Assembly: GCA_002269645.1 (NCBI GenBank)
Contig: NIVC01000897.1
Location: 1 to 64,000 of the forward strand
Length of the DNA stretch: 64,000 nt
Origin: Macrostomum lignano
Taxonomy: Eukaryota
Reading direction: 5' to 3'
Shown here: positions 1 to 23,200 of the stretch, in pieces
Position numbering within the stretch: the stretch's first letter is position 1
Layout: each line of letters opens with the position of its first letter
The notes under the pieces: generated by a model
The model's database searches: none
What the model saw: only the letters and a program-made list of their open reading frames with translations
Told to the model about the DNA's origin: nothing
Position numbers and translations under genes: made by a program

Positions 1-965
1 CACTCGCTCCCGCCTCCAGCAAAATCACTCCTCTCCTCCTTAGCACACTCCATCCAGCCAGTTCAGCTGGAGGGAGAGAAACGAAGGGGGGTTGAAGAGA
101 GGCAGGCCAGTAGCGGCAATGCAAGCCGGTTGGTGCAACTTGCGGCGCAGGCGTGTTCAGTAGCTGGGGGAGGGGAATCGGGTTCCAGGCGGCCAGACTC
201 TCTCCCAAACTGACCCTCGGGCTCGATCCGGCACCCGGGCCACACGCGATGCCGGTGGCGGATCGGGGGGAGGCCAAAGACGTCAGCAAGAGAGGTGGTT
301 GGGGCAAGCGGCAGGACCAAATGGGAAGAAGAGGATGCCGGACACTGGGGGGAGTTGGGAGTTGCGCCAGTGTACAGCCGGGAGAGGAGGGAAATCGGAT
401 TTAAAAGCGTAGGAGAATGCCGAGATTATCGCTTTCCCCAGAACTCCCCCCTGTGGAGCGAGACGCGCACAGACTTCAATTACTATTCTAGCTGGGGGTC
501 AGTCTGAACCGGGGCCCGCTAACAAGCTTAAGAAGCAGAGAAGCAAAGAAGAGAAAAAGTGAATTGAATTTCTCAGTGCTAGGTCAGCTGCGAAAGGGAG
601 CAGTGAGACGAGAGAGCAGCTTCAAGTTTCGCTTGACTATTGGACTAAAAGCGCTGACGCCCTCCGCCCCGATTCTCTCCTTCTTATCCGCGAATTCTCC
701 CCACCCGGGTGCTTGCAACTCATCCGCCATCCGCGGCCGACGCTGCTGCCCCTCCTAAGCCACCTCGCTGACGCCTCGGTACCAGCCAGCAATATGGAGC
801 CGGCCCGCTGACAGACCGGGGGCAGTCAGACCCAACAGTTGCAGAAACATCCTTGCCGACCTGAGCTGGTGAAACTTCGAACTTGGCGCCTGACCCCCTT
901 CCCGCTCGCGCCCAGCTACCGCAACTGAAGCAAGCAGCTCTGCCGCTACTTTAAATAGCGCCGGG

Positions 966-10747
<9,782 letters not shown>

Positions 10748-12039
10748 TTTCACAACTGTTGAATCTCCGTTGCGTGAAGCCCCACCCCGCCCCACCGATT
10801 TTGTGAGCACGTGACTGTCGGGCCTCAGGATTAAGCAAAGAATCCATTAGCGAACTTCCTGGTTGCTATACAGGTCGAATAGCTGAAACGCGTACACTAC
10901 TCACGGCGCGCACTTCTGCACGCTAACGCCTGTCTGTCAGCTCTCTCGGGTTAGTATGTTTGAAATAAATAAAAATTCATAATTCAATGCTCTACTTTTC
11001 TCCCCTTCTACACTGCATGTAAATGTTGGCCTGTTGTTGTGTGATTCTTGCTGTTCAAACTTCCTCAGCCCAACAGCCAGCCTGCGGCATTAAGATTATA
11101 TTCTCCTCATCAATAATCCATATGCAGATCTTCTTAAAGCGCCTGCCCCTCTCGGATTGTATTTGCCGAGCTGCTCTTGCAACTTTGATTCTGGGTGCAC
11201 CCATTTGTGCTGCATTAAGAATTTCGATTTCTTCAGCACAGTGCAGCACTGTAGGAGCACCATCACTTGCTATTTTTTGAAGGCCTTCGTTTCATTGAGC
11301 TTAATGAGCTAGGAAATCCAGTTTATTAAATTATTGTTGTTAAACATTTATTTCATTCAAAATGTGACATTTTAAAAGAAGCAAGTCTCTTCTAGCTTGG
11401 GGCAATCTAATTGTTGCAGCTCTCGTAATCACATTATTGAACAGGTCGGCTCTGCGTTCTTAAATCAATATTTTATCGTTTATTTCCATATATATTACTC
11501 TAATCAGTGTGTAGCAATTGTACGCAGTATTTTTGGCACAGGAGGCGCACTTCAAATACTCCAAGTGTGTGTTACTGTGTGTACAATGTTTTGATGGACA
11601 AAGGCTTCTTGCGTATTTTTTGGTCCGAACTGCGGTATTGCAGATCCTGATACACTATTATATACACACGACTCCACATATTTTAGATACAATTGTACAC
11701 TGTTATATTGTATGAAATTTCTCTTAACTCAAGCGCAGTCGCTACAGTACTATAGTTCACAGCTGTTAATAATTGTGAAAATCATTGATCTAAAGAATAT
11801 TTAATAGACTCAATTCTATGTTCTCCCCCCATCTTCTAAAAAATCTGTCATCTTTTTCTGTTTAAAACTGATGGATCGTAAAGGCAGAGAAGGATAAAAA
11901 ACAATGTATCCGATATATGCGACGTACTAAATATATGAGCATGACTATAAGAAGATTGACCTTAAAAATACCATAATGACCCTCTCGTATGGTGACCTTT
12001 ATATTCATATGCGAAGCAGATGAACAGTATGCCACTGAT

Positions 12040-13175
12040 GACGCTGTATCCAGGATTCGGGTTTGAGGGTAACTAACACTGCATCTACGATTCGGGTCTA
12101 AGGGTAGCTGACACTGCATCCAGGATTCGGGTTTGAGGGTAACTGACACTGCATCTACGATTCGGGTCTAAGGGTAGCTGACACTGCATCCAGGATTCGG
12201 GTTTGAGGGTAACTAACACTGCATCTACGATTCGGGGCTGAGGGTAGCTGACACTGCATCCAGGATTCGGGTTTGAGGGTAACTGACACTGCATCCAGGA
12301 TTCGGGTTTGAGGGTAACTGACACTGCATCCAGGATTCAGGTTTGAGGGTAACTGACACTGCATCTACGATTCGGGTCTAAGGGTAGCTGACACTGCATC
12401 CAGGATTCGGGTTTGAGGGTAACTGACACTGCATCTACGATTCGGGGCTGAGGGTAGCTGATACTGCATCCAGGATTCAGGTGCGAGGGTAACTGACACT
12501 GCATCAGGTAGACGTATTCAGGTGCGAGGGTAACTGACACTGCATCTACGATTCGGGGCTGAGGGTAGCTGACACTGCATCCAGGATTCGGGTTTGAGGG
12601 TAACTGACACTGCATCCAGGATTCAGGTTTGAGGGTAACTGACACTGCATCTACGATTCGGGTCTAAGGGTAGCTGACACTGCATCCAGGATTCGGGTTT
12701 GAGGGTAACTGACACTGCATCTACGATTCGGGCTGAGGGTAGCTGATACTGCATCCAGGATTCGGGTTTGAGGGTAACTGACACTGCATCAGGTAGACGT
12801 ATTCAGGTGCGAGGGTAACTGACACTGCATCAGGTAGACATATTCAGGTGCGAGGGTAACTGACACTGCATCAGGTAGACGTATTCAGGTGCGAGGGTAA
12901 CTGACACTGCATCAGGTAGACGTATTCAGGTGCGAGGGTAACTGACACTGCATCAGGTAGACGTATTCAGGTGCGAGGGTAACTGACACTGCATCAGGTA
13001 GACGTATTCAGGTGCGAGGGTAACTGACACTGCATCAGGTAGACGTATTCAGGTGCGAGGGTAACTGACACTGCATCAGGTAGACGTATTCAGGTGCGAG
13101 GGTAACTGACACTGCATCAGGTAGACGTATTCAGGTGCGAGGGTAACTGACACTGCATCAGGTAGACGTATTCTG
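12040..13175. repeat. Composite minisatellite: 35-bp variant units grading into 41-bp units; shared core GAGGGTAACTGACACTGCATC
   Basis: 35-bp period at about 12040-12780; 41-bp period at about 12780-13170. Confidence 0.93.
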
Positions 13176-14220
13176 GACAGATGCAGATGTAAGAGTACAG
13201 ACGAGGTGCCGCAGACACAGACAGACACTGAGGCGCAGCAAGAGACGAAATAAACAAGTATTTAAGTCACAACTGCAAAAGAATTATCCATATTTGTATG
13301 ACGAAGCTTATGACGCAAAAACCGCAAAATAGAATATTTTGGCCGCAATTAATGCGATTTTCTTTAGACGCAGAACATTTTTGTATTTTTTATATCCTTT
13401 TCAGTTGCAAATATAGAACAGTAAATAAAGTATATTGATTAATGGAGCGCGTTGTTATTATAAAATAGATTGGAAATATTTCAGATGGGTACGGGTCGGG
13501 CAGTGCTACACTATTAGCAGTCTAGAAACGCTGGCTATTTGATACGAGTATAACTATTATTTTTACAAAAAATTGGAGCGCAAACTACTTGAAGTAGAGT
13601 CCGAGAATGATGAGAAATACTGGTATTATGAACCCGAATATGCAAAAAGTTCGACTTGAGGTGCCTATTGATGAATTGAATTATTTATGAACAAAGTACA
13701 CTGCTAAACAATAGTTTATTAATCAAAATTAATAAAAGGATGAACAAATCGATACAAAAATGCGATTAAGCAGTAATTTTAAATGTTAATTAGGCGTTTG
13801 TCAACGTTAAAAAGCATCATTAACTATGCTGATTTGCATATTTCTCATTAGCAATGATAATATTAAGTAGTTGTTTACTTAACTTTAAACAGTTTAAATT
13901 CGTGCCAATACCCGAAATTTTGCCAATAATAAACGACTTACTAAATATGGATTCTCCTGGATTCTGTTAATTCCTACGTCGGATCTATTTTTAGCCACTA
14001 TTTAGATCAGATTTACAAAACTAAAACATAACAATTGCCATCAGGACTAAAGTACGTTAAAACTTAAGGAGCAAAGCGATAAAATGAGCTGCGAAGTTAA
14101 ACAAAATAACAAGGAAAACAAACAAATGTTGAATGAAAAGCTCTCACGCACTTATCAGATACGGTCCATAAACACGCAGTTCATTGTCAATTGGATACCG
14201 GATTGTAAACTAAAAGTTTT

Positions 14221-17200
14221 TTAGTCATTCTTAGGCTCGTTCTGCTGGTTCGGCGACGAAGGGCTGTATGTGGGCGAAGACGGACTGTAAGTCGGTGACG
14301 TTGGGCTGTAGGTCGGCGAACTCGGACTGTAAGTTGGTGATGTCGGACTATACGTCGGCGACGTCGGGCTGTATGTTGGTGACGTCGGACTGTAGGTCGG
14401 CGAAGTCGGACTGTACGTCGGGGATGTCGGACTGTACGTAGGCGACGTCGGGCTGTAAGTCGGAGAAGTCGGACTGTATGTCGGTGACGTCGGACTGTAG
14501 GTCGGTGACGTCGGGCTGTAGGTCGGCGAAGTCGGACTGTAGGTCGGCGACGTTGGGCTGTAGGTTGGTGACGTCGGACTATAAGTCGGTGAGGTCGGGC
14601 TGTAAGTTGGCGATGTCGGACTGTAAGTAGGCGACGTTGGGCTGTATGTTGGCGAGGTTGGACTGTAAGTTGGTGACGTCGGACTGTAGGTTGGCGATGT
14701 CGGGCTGTAGGTCGGAGAAGTAGGACTGTAGGTTGGCGATGTCGGACTGTATGTTGGCGACGTCGGGCTGTAAGTCGGAGAAGTCGGACTGTATGATGGC
14801 GAAGTCGGACTGTAAGCAGGTGAAGTCGGACTGTATGATGGGGACGTCGGACTGTAAGACGGCGATGTAGGGCTGTAGGAAGGCGACGTCGGACTGTAAG
14901 ATGGTGAAGTCGGACTGTAAGACGGCGATGTCGGGCTGTAAGAAGGCGACGTCGGACTGTAAGACGGCGACGTTGGGCTGTAAGACGGCGACGTCGGACT
15001 GTAAGAAGGCGACGTCGGACTGTACGAAGGAGATGTCGGACTGTACGAAGGCGAGCTGGGAGAGCCAGTACTCGGACTGTAGCGCGGCGATGTCGGACTG
15101 TACACTGGAGAGGTGGGCGCGTAGCCAGGCGAGGTGGGGCTGTAGCCGGGACTCGAGCCGTCCGGACTGTAGCCGGGACTCTGCGGCGTGGCCGGGCTGG
15201 GCGGCATGAAGCCGGGCGAAGCCGGACTGTAGGGCGGGCTGAATTCGCCGACGCCCATATAGGCTCCGTCGGGCGTCTTGGGACTGAACGCGGCGCCAGG
15301 TGAGAACGGTGACATCCCGCCGCCAGGCGACATGCCGGCTTCGGAGGCTCCGGCCGGTGAGAAGCCGCCAGCTGGCGTCATGCCAGGCGTGATGGCCGGA
15401 GACCAGGCGCCGGCGTATGGCGTTGCCCCGCTGTTCCACGGCGTGGCATGCGGGGTGAATCCGCCGCCTGTTGGCGAAGCTGCGCCGCCGAAGATGATGC
15501 CGGTGGTGCCGAGCCCCGTGCCCATGGGGATCTCCATGGCGAATCGACACTGCTCGTGATCCAACAGCAGGTCGAAGCAGCCGGTGCCGATGCGGGCTAG
15601 CTGGCCAAGCATAATGTTCTCGCTGACGCCCTTCACCGGGTCAACCTCGGCAGAGCTGGCCGCCTCCATCAGGATGTCGACAGTCTCTTCAAAGGAGCAG
15701 CGGGCCAGAGCGCCGGTGTCCTGCCTGTTGATGCCGTGCCGGGTGATGGCCATCAGATGGCCCTTGACAGTCATGATGTCGCATAGCAAGGCCAGATGGC
15801 GATAATTAACGTAGCTGCCGTCAAAGCTGATCACGTGATTCATCTCGCGCTCGATGGCCTTGCGAACGGCTTCGATGCCAAGAACTTCGAATATTTCCAC
15901 GATGTCGTTGCTAACAGTGCGCACAGGGTCGACGTTGCGTTCGGCAAGCACCTGGAACAAAAGTTTATACACGGTGGATTTGATTGCGTGACAAGTAGCG
16001 TTTTCATCTATCCCTATTGTGAGCTTCCATATGCGGGTCAAAAATCGAGATTTTACTACTATTGAGTAGTAACGCTTGTATTATGAATAAATTAAGACGA
16101 ACCTTCATCAGACAGGTGCCGTCAGTCTCCAGTATCCAGTCAGCAACATAATGATAGCTTCCGTCCTCATTGAACATAACCCGCTTCTTGCTGTCCTCCT
16201 TCGGCAGGTGCATGTACACCTTGGCGATTGACTCGATGCCCTGCAGGGTCATATCGCTAAGCAGATTCTGCTCGATCAGCCGCAGGAAGGTCTGATCCTC
16301 CAGCTTGTCAACGCCTGTGGCGGCGGCCTCCTCTTCGTCGTCCTTTTCGCCATCCTGGCCCATGATTCGAATGCGCAGCACCAGCTTCTCCGAATTGTCG
16401 TCATTGAAGATGCAGCTGAGATCGTTGCCGAAGCTGGCCGACACTTTCTCAGCGATGCTCTCCATAGTGAGCTTCTTGTCCACCATCCGCTTCCTATCTA
16501 GCTCGATCCGCAGCATCCACGGGCTGGCCCGGGCAACATCAAAGTCGCCCAAATCGTAGTAGAGGCTGACCCAGTCGCGGTCCTCTTTGATGACGGTGTT
16601 CCGCGGATCCGGATCGTAGTAGATAGCCGTGTTGGCGACAACCTTACGCAGAGTGGTGTGCTCCAGCCGGCACAGGACATCCTTAGCCTTCTCGGCATCG
16701 ATAGCAGCTTGGCCAGTGAGAAACACCGTTAGGCTGGGCGTCTTCGGCCGCTTAGACACGTTGATAATCTCTTTAAGCCGGGGCACGCCCAGCGTGACGT
16801 TCTTGGCCGACACGCCGGCATAGTGGAAAGTGTTGAGCGTCATCTGCGTGGCCGGCTCGCCGAGAGACTGCGCAGCGAGGGCGCCGACCATCTCGCCAGG
16901 GTGCACGTGGGCGAGCTGGAATCGGGACTCGATCTCGCCTAGCAGCCATTCGAATGCTTCGGCACTGAGCCTGTGCTCCTCAATCACCTTCTTGCAGCAC
17001 AGGGACGAGCGGATCAGGCAGGCCATCAGCAGCGTGGCGTTATTGTTAGCCTCCCGGCTAAGCTTGTCGTCGCCTTTCACAATGCACAACTGTTCGCAGA
17101 GGCCGCGGACGCCTTGGACAACCCGGGTTGGATGCAGATCGGTAGGCCGGCGCACGTTTAGCTTGAATATCTTGGTGGCATTCCATATCAGGCGCTGTAT

Positions 17201-20200
17201 GTTGCAGGGCAGCACTGTGCGCGCGTCGCCTCGAGGAAAAATTGCTCTCAGCTCTTTGCGATCTGCCTGCAGCTGATTCCACTCTCGCTCAAGCTCCTGT
17301 TGGCAGTTGTTATCGTGTAATACTCGCCTCATCTGCTCCTCGGTCATGCAGCGGCGGAGCATTCGCTCGTTGCTCAAATCGAAACGGAAATTCCGTTCGA
17401 ATGCCGGATTAGACGGCTTGATGATTGGCACGGCTTGGAACTCGACGTGACAGGCGTCCAGGCCGTCTTCGCCGTACCTCAGCTGGATGACCTGTTCGAT
17501 CTGGTTGCGCACAGTATTGTCGTACTTGACCATCACAGATTCCATGGCTTTGATCAAGCGACGCTGAATATAGCCAGTCTCGGCGGTTTTCACGGCCGTG
17601 TCAATCAAACCTTCGCGACCGCCCATGGCGTGAAAGTAGAATTCGGTGGGCGTCAAGCCTGCGGGGCGAGTGAATGCGTAAGATTATAACTTCAAGACTT
17701 TTAGAATTTCTATAGTTAATTAAGTTCCTATTAGACACTTTATATTTGCCCCAAAGTGGTACGGGGGCCGTAGCCCAGAGGTCTAGCGCGGCGCTCTGAT
17801 GTGCCAGCGGGCCAGGCTCAATTCCAAGGGTAGTCACATTAATTTGGGGCCAAATTGAACTCTTGGCTTAGCTTTGCTCGTGCAATTAACTCTTAAAGTG
17901 TACATGCCTAACTATAAATAAAGTTAGGGCTGTTGCACACTCCTGTGTGAGTCTATGTGTGCCTTTTTAGGGGAGTCGGCAAAATGGGAAAGAAATGTCT
18001 CTCGTCGATTGTGTAATGGTAAGGACCAGGTAATGAGGACTCATGGTTCGATTCCCCGTGCGACGCCGGCAAAGACAAAGAGTTGTGTACTGATTAGAAA
18101 GTCAGGGCCACTGTGCGAGTGCGTGCCGGCCTACACATTACACACAACTAAAACCACTCAGAACGGTGGCTCACCTGCCAGGTAGGAGTTCTCAACGAAG
18201 CCGCGAGACTCTGGCCCGTAGTCGTCTTTGATGAAGTGCGGCAGAGTCCGATGGCAGAAGCCGAACGGAATCCGTTTACCTTCGACGTTCTGCTGGCCTA
18301 CGCAGGCGATAACCTGGGAGATGTTGATCTTGGAGCCTTTGGCGCCGGACACCACCATAGCGTTGAAGTTGTTGAACTCAGACAGAGACTTCTGAGCGCA
18401 GCTGCCAGTCTTCTCTCGGGCATCGTTGAGTATCTTATTAACCATGTTCTCAAACGTCTGTCGAAGAGTATTGCCGGGCGTAGGCGTCAGCTCGTCGTGA
18501 TGCGCCTGATTGATGACATCTTCCACATTCTCCTTCGCCTTCTTGATAGTCTCGCGAATGTCGCTGTAGGTCTTATTGTCCGCAATGGTGTCGCCTATGC
18601 CAATAGTGTGGCCCTCGATCAGCAGCCAGTTGTTTACTACAGTCTGGATTTCGCCATAGAACCGACCGGCGTCCATGTGGCTGCACTCCAGGGCGACAAT
18701 GTGCACCAGAGAGCCAGCGGACGCGCCCAGCGACTTCTTGCACAGGATGCCGCTAAGCAGCTGGCCGTCCTCCACCAGAACCTTGGTGTCGCCCGGGCTG
18801 ATCCATTTATAGGGCCCGTTGTCCTCCTCGTCCGGATGAGTGAAGTGCGTTCGTACGCAGTTAATCCTTGGCGGAATGATAAGGCTAAACAGCTGCTTGC
18901 CAGTCCACAGTGGTTGAGGCTTCAGTATAGCAGGATTTGGCATCCGACCGTCCCAGCTGGGCAGGTACATTAGCAAGTTCATCATCTCGGCCCGAGTTAT
19001 AAACACGTCGCGCTTAGTCATCTTCCTGACAGCGGTCAGGGTGTCCTGCACAATGCCCATTACCGGCCGGTTGCTCTGCGGCGTGATGATCATGCGGGGC
19101 ACAGTGGCAAGCTGGGCGATCTCGGCTTTGGTCTCCAGCGACTGCGGCATGTGCAAATTCATCTCGTCTCCATCGAAGTCGGCATTGTACGGAGTGGTGA
19201 CCGACAGGTTTAGGCGAAAGGTGGACCAGGGTAGCACCTGGGAAAATTAAGAAAGATTAGAGCTAACTTTAAAATTGTAAGAGCCAAGTTCATCAAGTGA
19301 TACATGGACTCCACATATGTTGTATCAACAGTAGCATACATCGGATTTAATGCGCTTATTTGCATTTTGACGCAACGCATTCGGCCACATCTTCCCACAG
19401 CCAACTGTGAGGCACTTATTCCCATTCCGCTGACTCTTGAGCAAGTGCAAGCAGCGCTCCAATACTTCCCTGACTTTCAAATTGTCAGGCAATGCACCTT
19501 TTGTCATATGAAATCTAATAACACTCCTAAATGAGGCGCAACTATCTACTTTCAACCGCCTACGAGCAGTATCAAGCAAATTCGTACAAACCTTGACCCG
19601 ATGGCACATCATAGACATTTTGTGCAGAGTTGGCTGTCGATTAAACACAACATAATCATCGTCCATCATGTGACGCTCAACAATGTAGCCAATTTGCAGA
19701 GTGAGATCGGCGGCCTTCGGATGGTAGCGCAGATCGATGCGATCGCCGTTGTCGCGAATGATGTACTTGGCGCCTGGATAGTGATTGGCACCGTTGCGGA
19801 CCAGCTCCTGAAGCCATTCAATGTTGAACGGGGTCACCACCTCCGGGAAGGTGAGGTTCAAAGCGATGGTTCGGGGCACGCCGACCTGGTGAATGCCGAT
19901 GTTCGGATCGGCAGTGATGACGGTACGACCGCTGAAGTCGACGCGTTTGCCCATCAGGTTGCCTCGGATCCGGCCCTCCTTGCCTTTCAGACGCTGTTTG
20001 ACCGACTTGAGCGGTCGGCCAGACTTTTGAGTAGCCTTGGGCAGGCCAGGTATCTCATTGTCAATGAGGGTGGTGCAGTGATACTGCAGCATCTTAGTGT
20101 CCTCCTGGATAATGTGAGCAGCCGCACCGCTCTGCTCATTCCGTCTCAACTGATTATTAGCTTTGATAATATCTGACAACTTGTGCGTCAGATCGTCCTG

Positions 20201-23200
20201 ATTTTTGGCGGCTCCGTGCATCACTACGGCCGGCCGAACCGGAAGCGGCGGCACGGGCAGCACGGTGGTGATCATCCAGTCGGGCCTGGCGAAGCGAACA
20301 TTCATGCCGAGGACATGGCAATCGTCGTCAGAGATGCGCTTGAAGATTTCTAATACGCGCTCGGCCGACAGGGCGATCTTGCGCTCCTGGCTTTCATCGT
20401 TTACCTGTCAGTTTGGTATGGGTTATATTAAGGGGTTATATAGAAATGACAAAGGTTAGAATAAAAAGGATGCGTAAAGCCGAGATTGTAGGAGGGGGGT
20501 TGCTTTTTCAATCGCAACTCGTTTACGAGACTATGAGGTAGAGCAAGTATAGCTTATTAATTTGCGTACTCTGTCGGCAAATGTACTTTACGAATTTTCA
20601 TTGGGTGGCCCGTAACACAATGTCAGACCTTGTTCCACTCGGCCGACAAGTCCAATCCGGTTTTGCGAATCTTCGGCTGATAACGGGAGCAACCAGACCG
20701 GACGGTGACTTCGCCGCCGATGCCTTCGCTGAACGCCGCCCCGCCAGCCTCGGCGTCCGGCTGGTCCTGCTGGCCGCCGGTGGACGGAGCCTCGCAGATG
20801 CTTTTACCTTTGCACTCGTCGTAGATGTAGTTTAAACGCCGCTGCGGATGATGGGCCGTTTTAATAAGAATTTCCTTCACCTTCTCCGACTGCGGATCGA
20901 TTAGCAGCTTGGAGCAGAAGAAGCAAACGCAGCGAAGTATCTTCACTATCTTAGTCATCATTGGCACGTGGAACACCGGCTTGGCCAGCTCAATGTGTCC
21001 GAAATGGCCCGGACATTGCGACATGTTGCCGGCGCAGGTCTGGCAGCGGGACATTCGGTCGATGACGCCCTGCCTCGGGTCCATAAGGCCGCCCAGCTTC
21101 GGCTTGCCCGCCTCCATGGTCTCTGGATAGAGTATGCCGCCCTCGGTCACAGACATGCGCTTCTACAATGGGCAGGTGGGCAAAATCAAATAGCAATGGT
21201 TTGGACATCAGAACATTTTTTGCTACCTATCCTTTCCAAGTAGGCCTTGTTTTCCATAGCTATTGTTTAAAGCCCTACAAGTAATTGTAATTGCAATTAC
21301 TGCAAATTAGGGGCTATCAAGGGGTTGGGACTAGTTTAGGCCCATTGATTAGGATAAAGCTTTGAGCTTATTTGTTTTCCTCTTGCATGCTATGGCACAA
21401 TGTTGCTTATCTACATGTATTTTGTTACTCTTATGCAAACTCGAAATAGCAAACTATTACAATTATCTTTGGCAATTCCTTAATATATATCCATAAGTAG
21501 AAATGTCTAGCTAGGTTCAAGGAGTAGTACTAATTAGTGATGGACCAAATGTGGATTTTTGCAAGTTGACAAAACCGAATCCAAATGTACAAAAAAATTC
21601 TGAATCCGAATCCGAATATCCAAATGTGTTTCCGAATGTAAACAAGAAGTAAAAGGTAAACAGCGGGAGTAACTATGATACTTTTAAGTAAAAAAGCCTC
21701 GGAATCTATTAATGATCTAAATAAGCAACTAGTTTACTCTTTAAGCAAAATTCAAGTGAAATTGCAAGAATTAAAACTTAGTAGAGAGTAAGTTTGAATT
21801 CAACATAATTCATATATAACCACAGATACTAGAATATTTGGATCTATTATAAGTACTAATTAGTGTTCTGCCATGTGCGATAGCCATAGTGTAAGCAAAA
21901 CTTTGGCTTATTCCAATTCTCCATATTCCATAGCATAGGGACCCCAATATTACCATATTCCTATAGTTCCTGCAGCCATAGTCATAGTTTTAACAAAAAG
22001 TCTAAGATACAAAATATTTTGAATCAAGATAATCATGCTTAAACAATTACACAATAAGGTAGAAAATAAAACAAACACTCAATTGCCTTTGTAGGATTAT
22101 ATTCCATCCTTCTTACAAAGAGTAATAATACTTAATCACTACTAAAAGTACTAATGCTGAACTTTTTTATATTGATAAAAGTTAGTTTGCTAGTATTTTA
22201 TTGTACTTTAAGTAGGTATAATCTATCCAAATATACTAAATCTCTAAGGTTTGTATATTTGAATGCTTGTCCATAATGCTCTAGAGATTGCGATTCTTGA
22301 CCATAAGTTTTTAAGTCTATAATAAAGTTTACCAAAGTATCTGTTTTACTCTACCTATTTCTAATATTTTCTATTTTTTTAATTAATAACTATGGCTATG
22401 GGTCCTAGGAATTTATAGAATATAATAACAACTACCATAGATTTTTCCAGTCATAGCCATAAGAGCAGCTATCTACTATAGGCTTATCTATAGTTGCCAT
22501 AAGTACTATTTTACCATATTTGCTATAATATCCCATAGCCATAGCCATAGCAATAGTAAAACACTAGTATTAATACAATGGATACAGGCTCATTCCATAT
22601 AAGCACGGTCGTAACATGACAGACTATTTTTACTTATAAAATGAAATATAATAATAGAATATACTAAACCAATATTTAAATAAAAGATAATTTTGTCAAG
22701 AATATTTTTATAGAGTTTCATGTAGATATCATCATTAGTATAGATGCTATTAAACCTTGAATGGCACTTATGGTCGTAACAACAGGATTTTTGACATATA
22801 GAAACTAAAAGGTAAAAGTCTTATAACATTTTTTATTTTTGATATTTTGCAATACATTTTTTAAAATTTGACTAACAACATCTTCAGTAATCATACTCTT
22901 TTTGTAGAATATATAAACTCAAAAGGCAACAAAGATACAAAAGAAAAGGCAGCCTTATGGTCGTAACATTATGGTCGTAACATATTTTTTTCTGTCAATT
23001 CAGTAACTTTGAGGTACCAATATATTAAAAATATAATAGATTATTTGGTCACCAATACTTTTATCTGATGATGCAAGTACTATACTTTTATCTATAGTTT
23101 GTTTCAACCTTCCAAAGCTTTCTATTTGTTTTCAAAAGGTACACAATTTTAATGATGTCTTTTGCTTAGAAAAATGTCCAAATTTTTACAAAAATGACTT

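Noticed and set aside
17763-17838. Functional tRNA gene (also 43671-43747 and the head at 41270-41350)
   Set aside because: The 5' and 3' ends do not pair into an acceptor stem; better explained as SINE-type tRNA derivatives.
14579-20459. Alternative-frame and antisense ORFs overlapping RPB1 (for example 14579-15550, 18236-18973, 19601-20176)
   Set aside because: Shadows of GC-rich codon usage and CTD periodicity; no independent signal.
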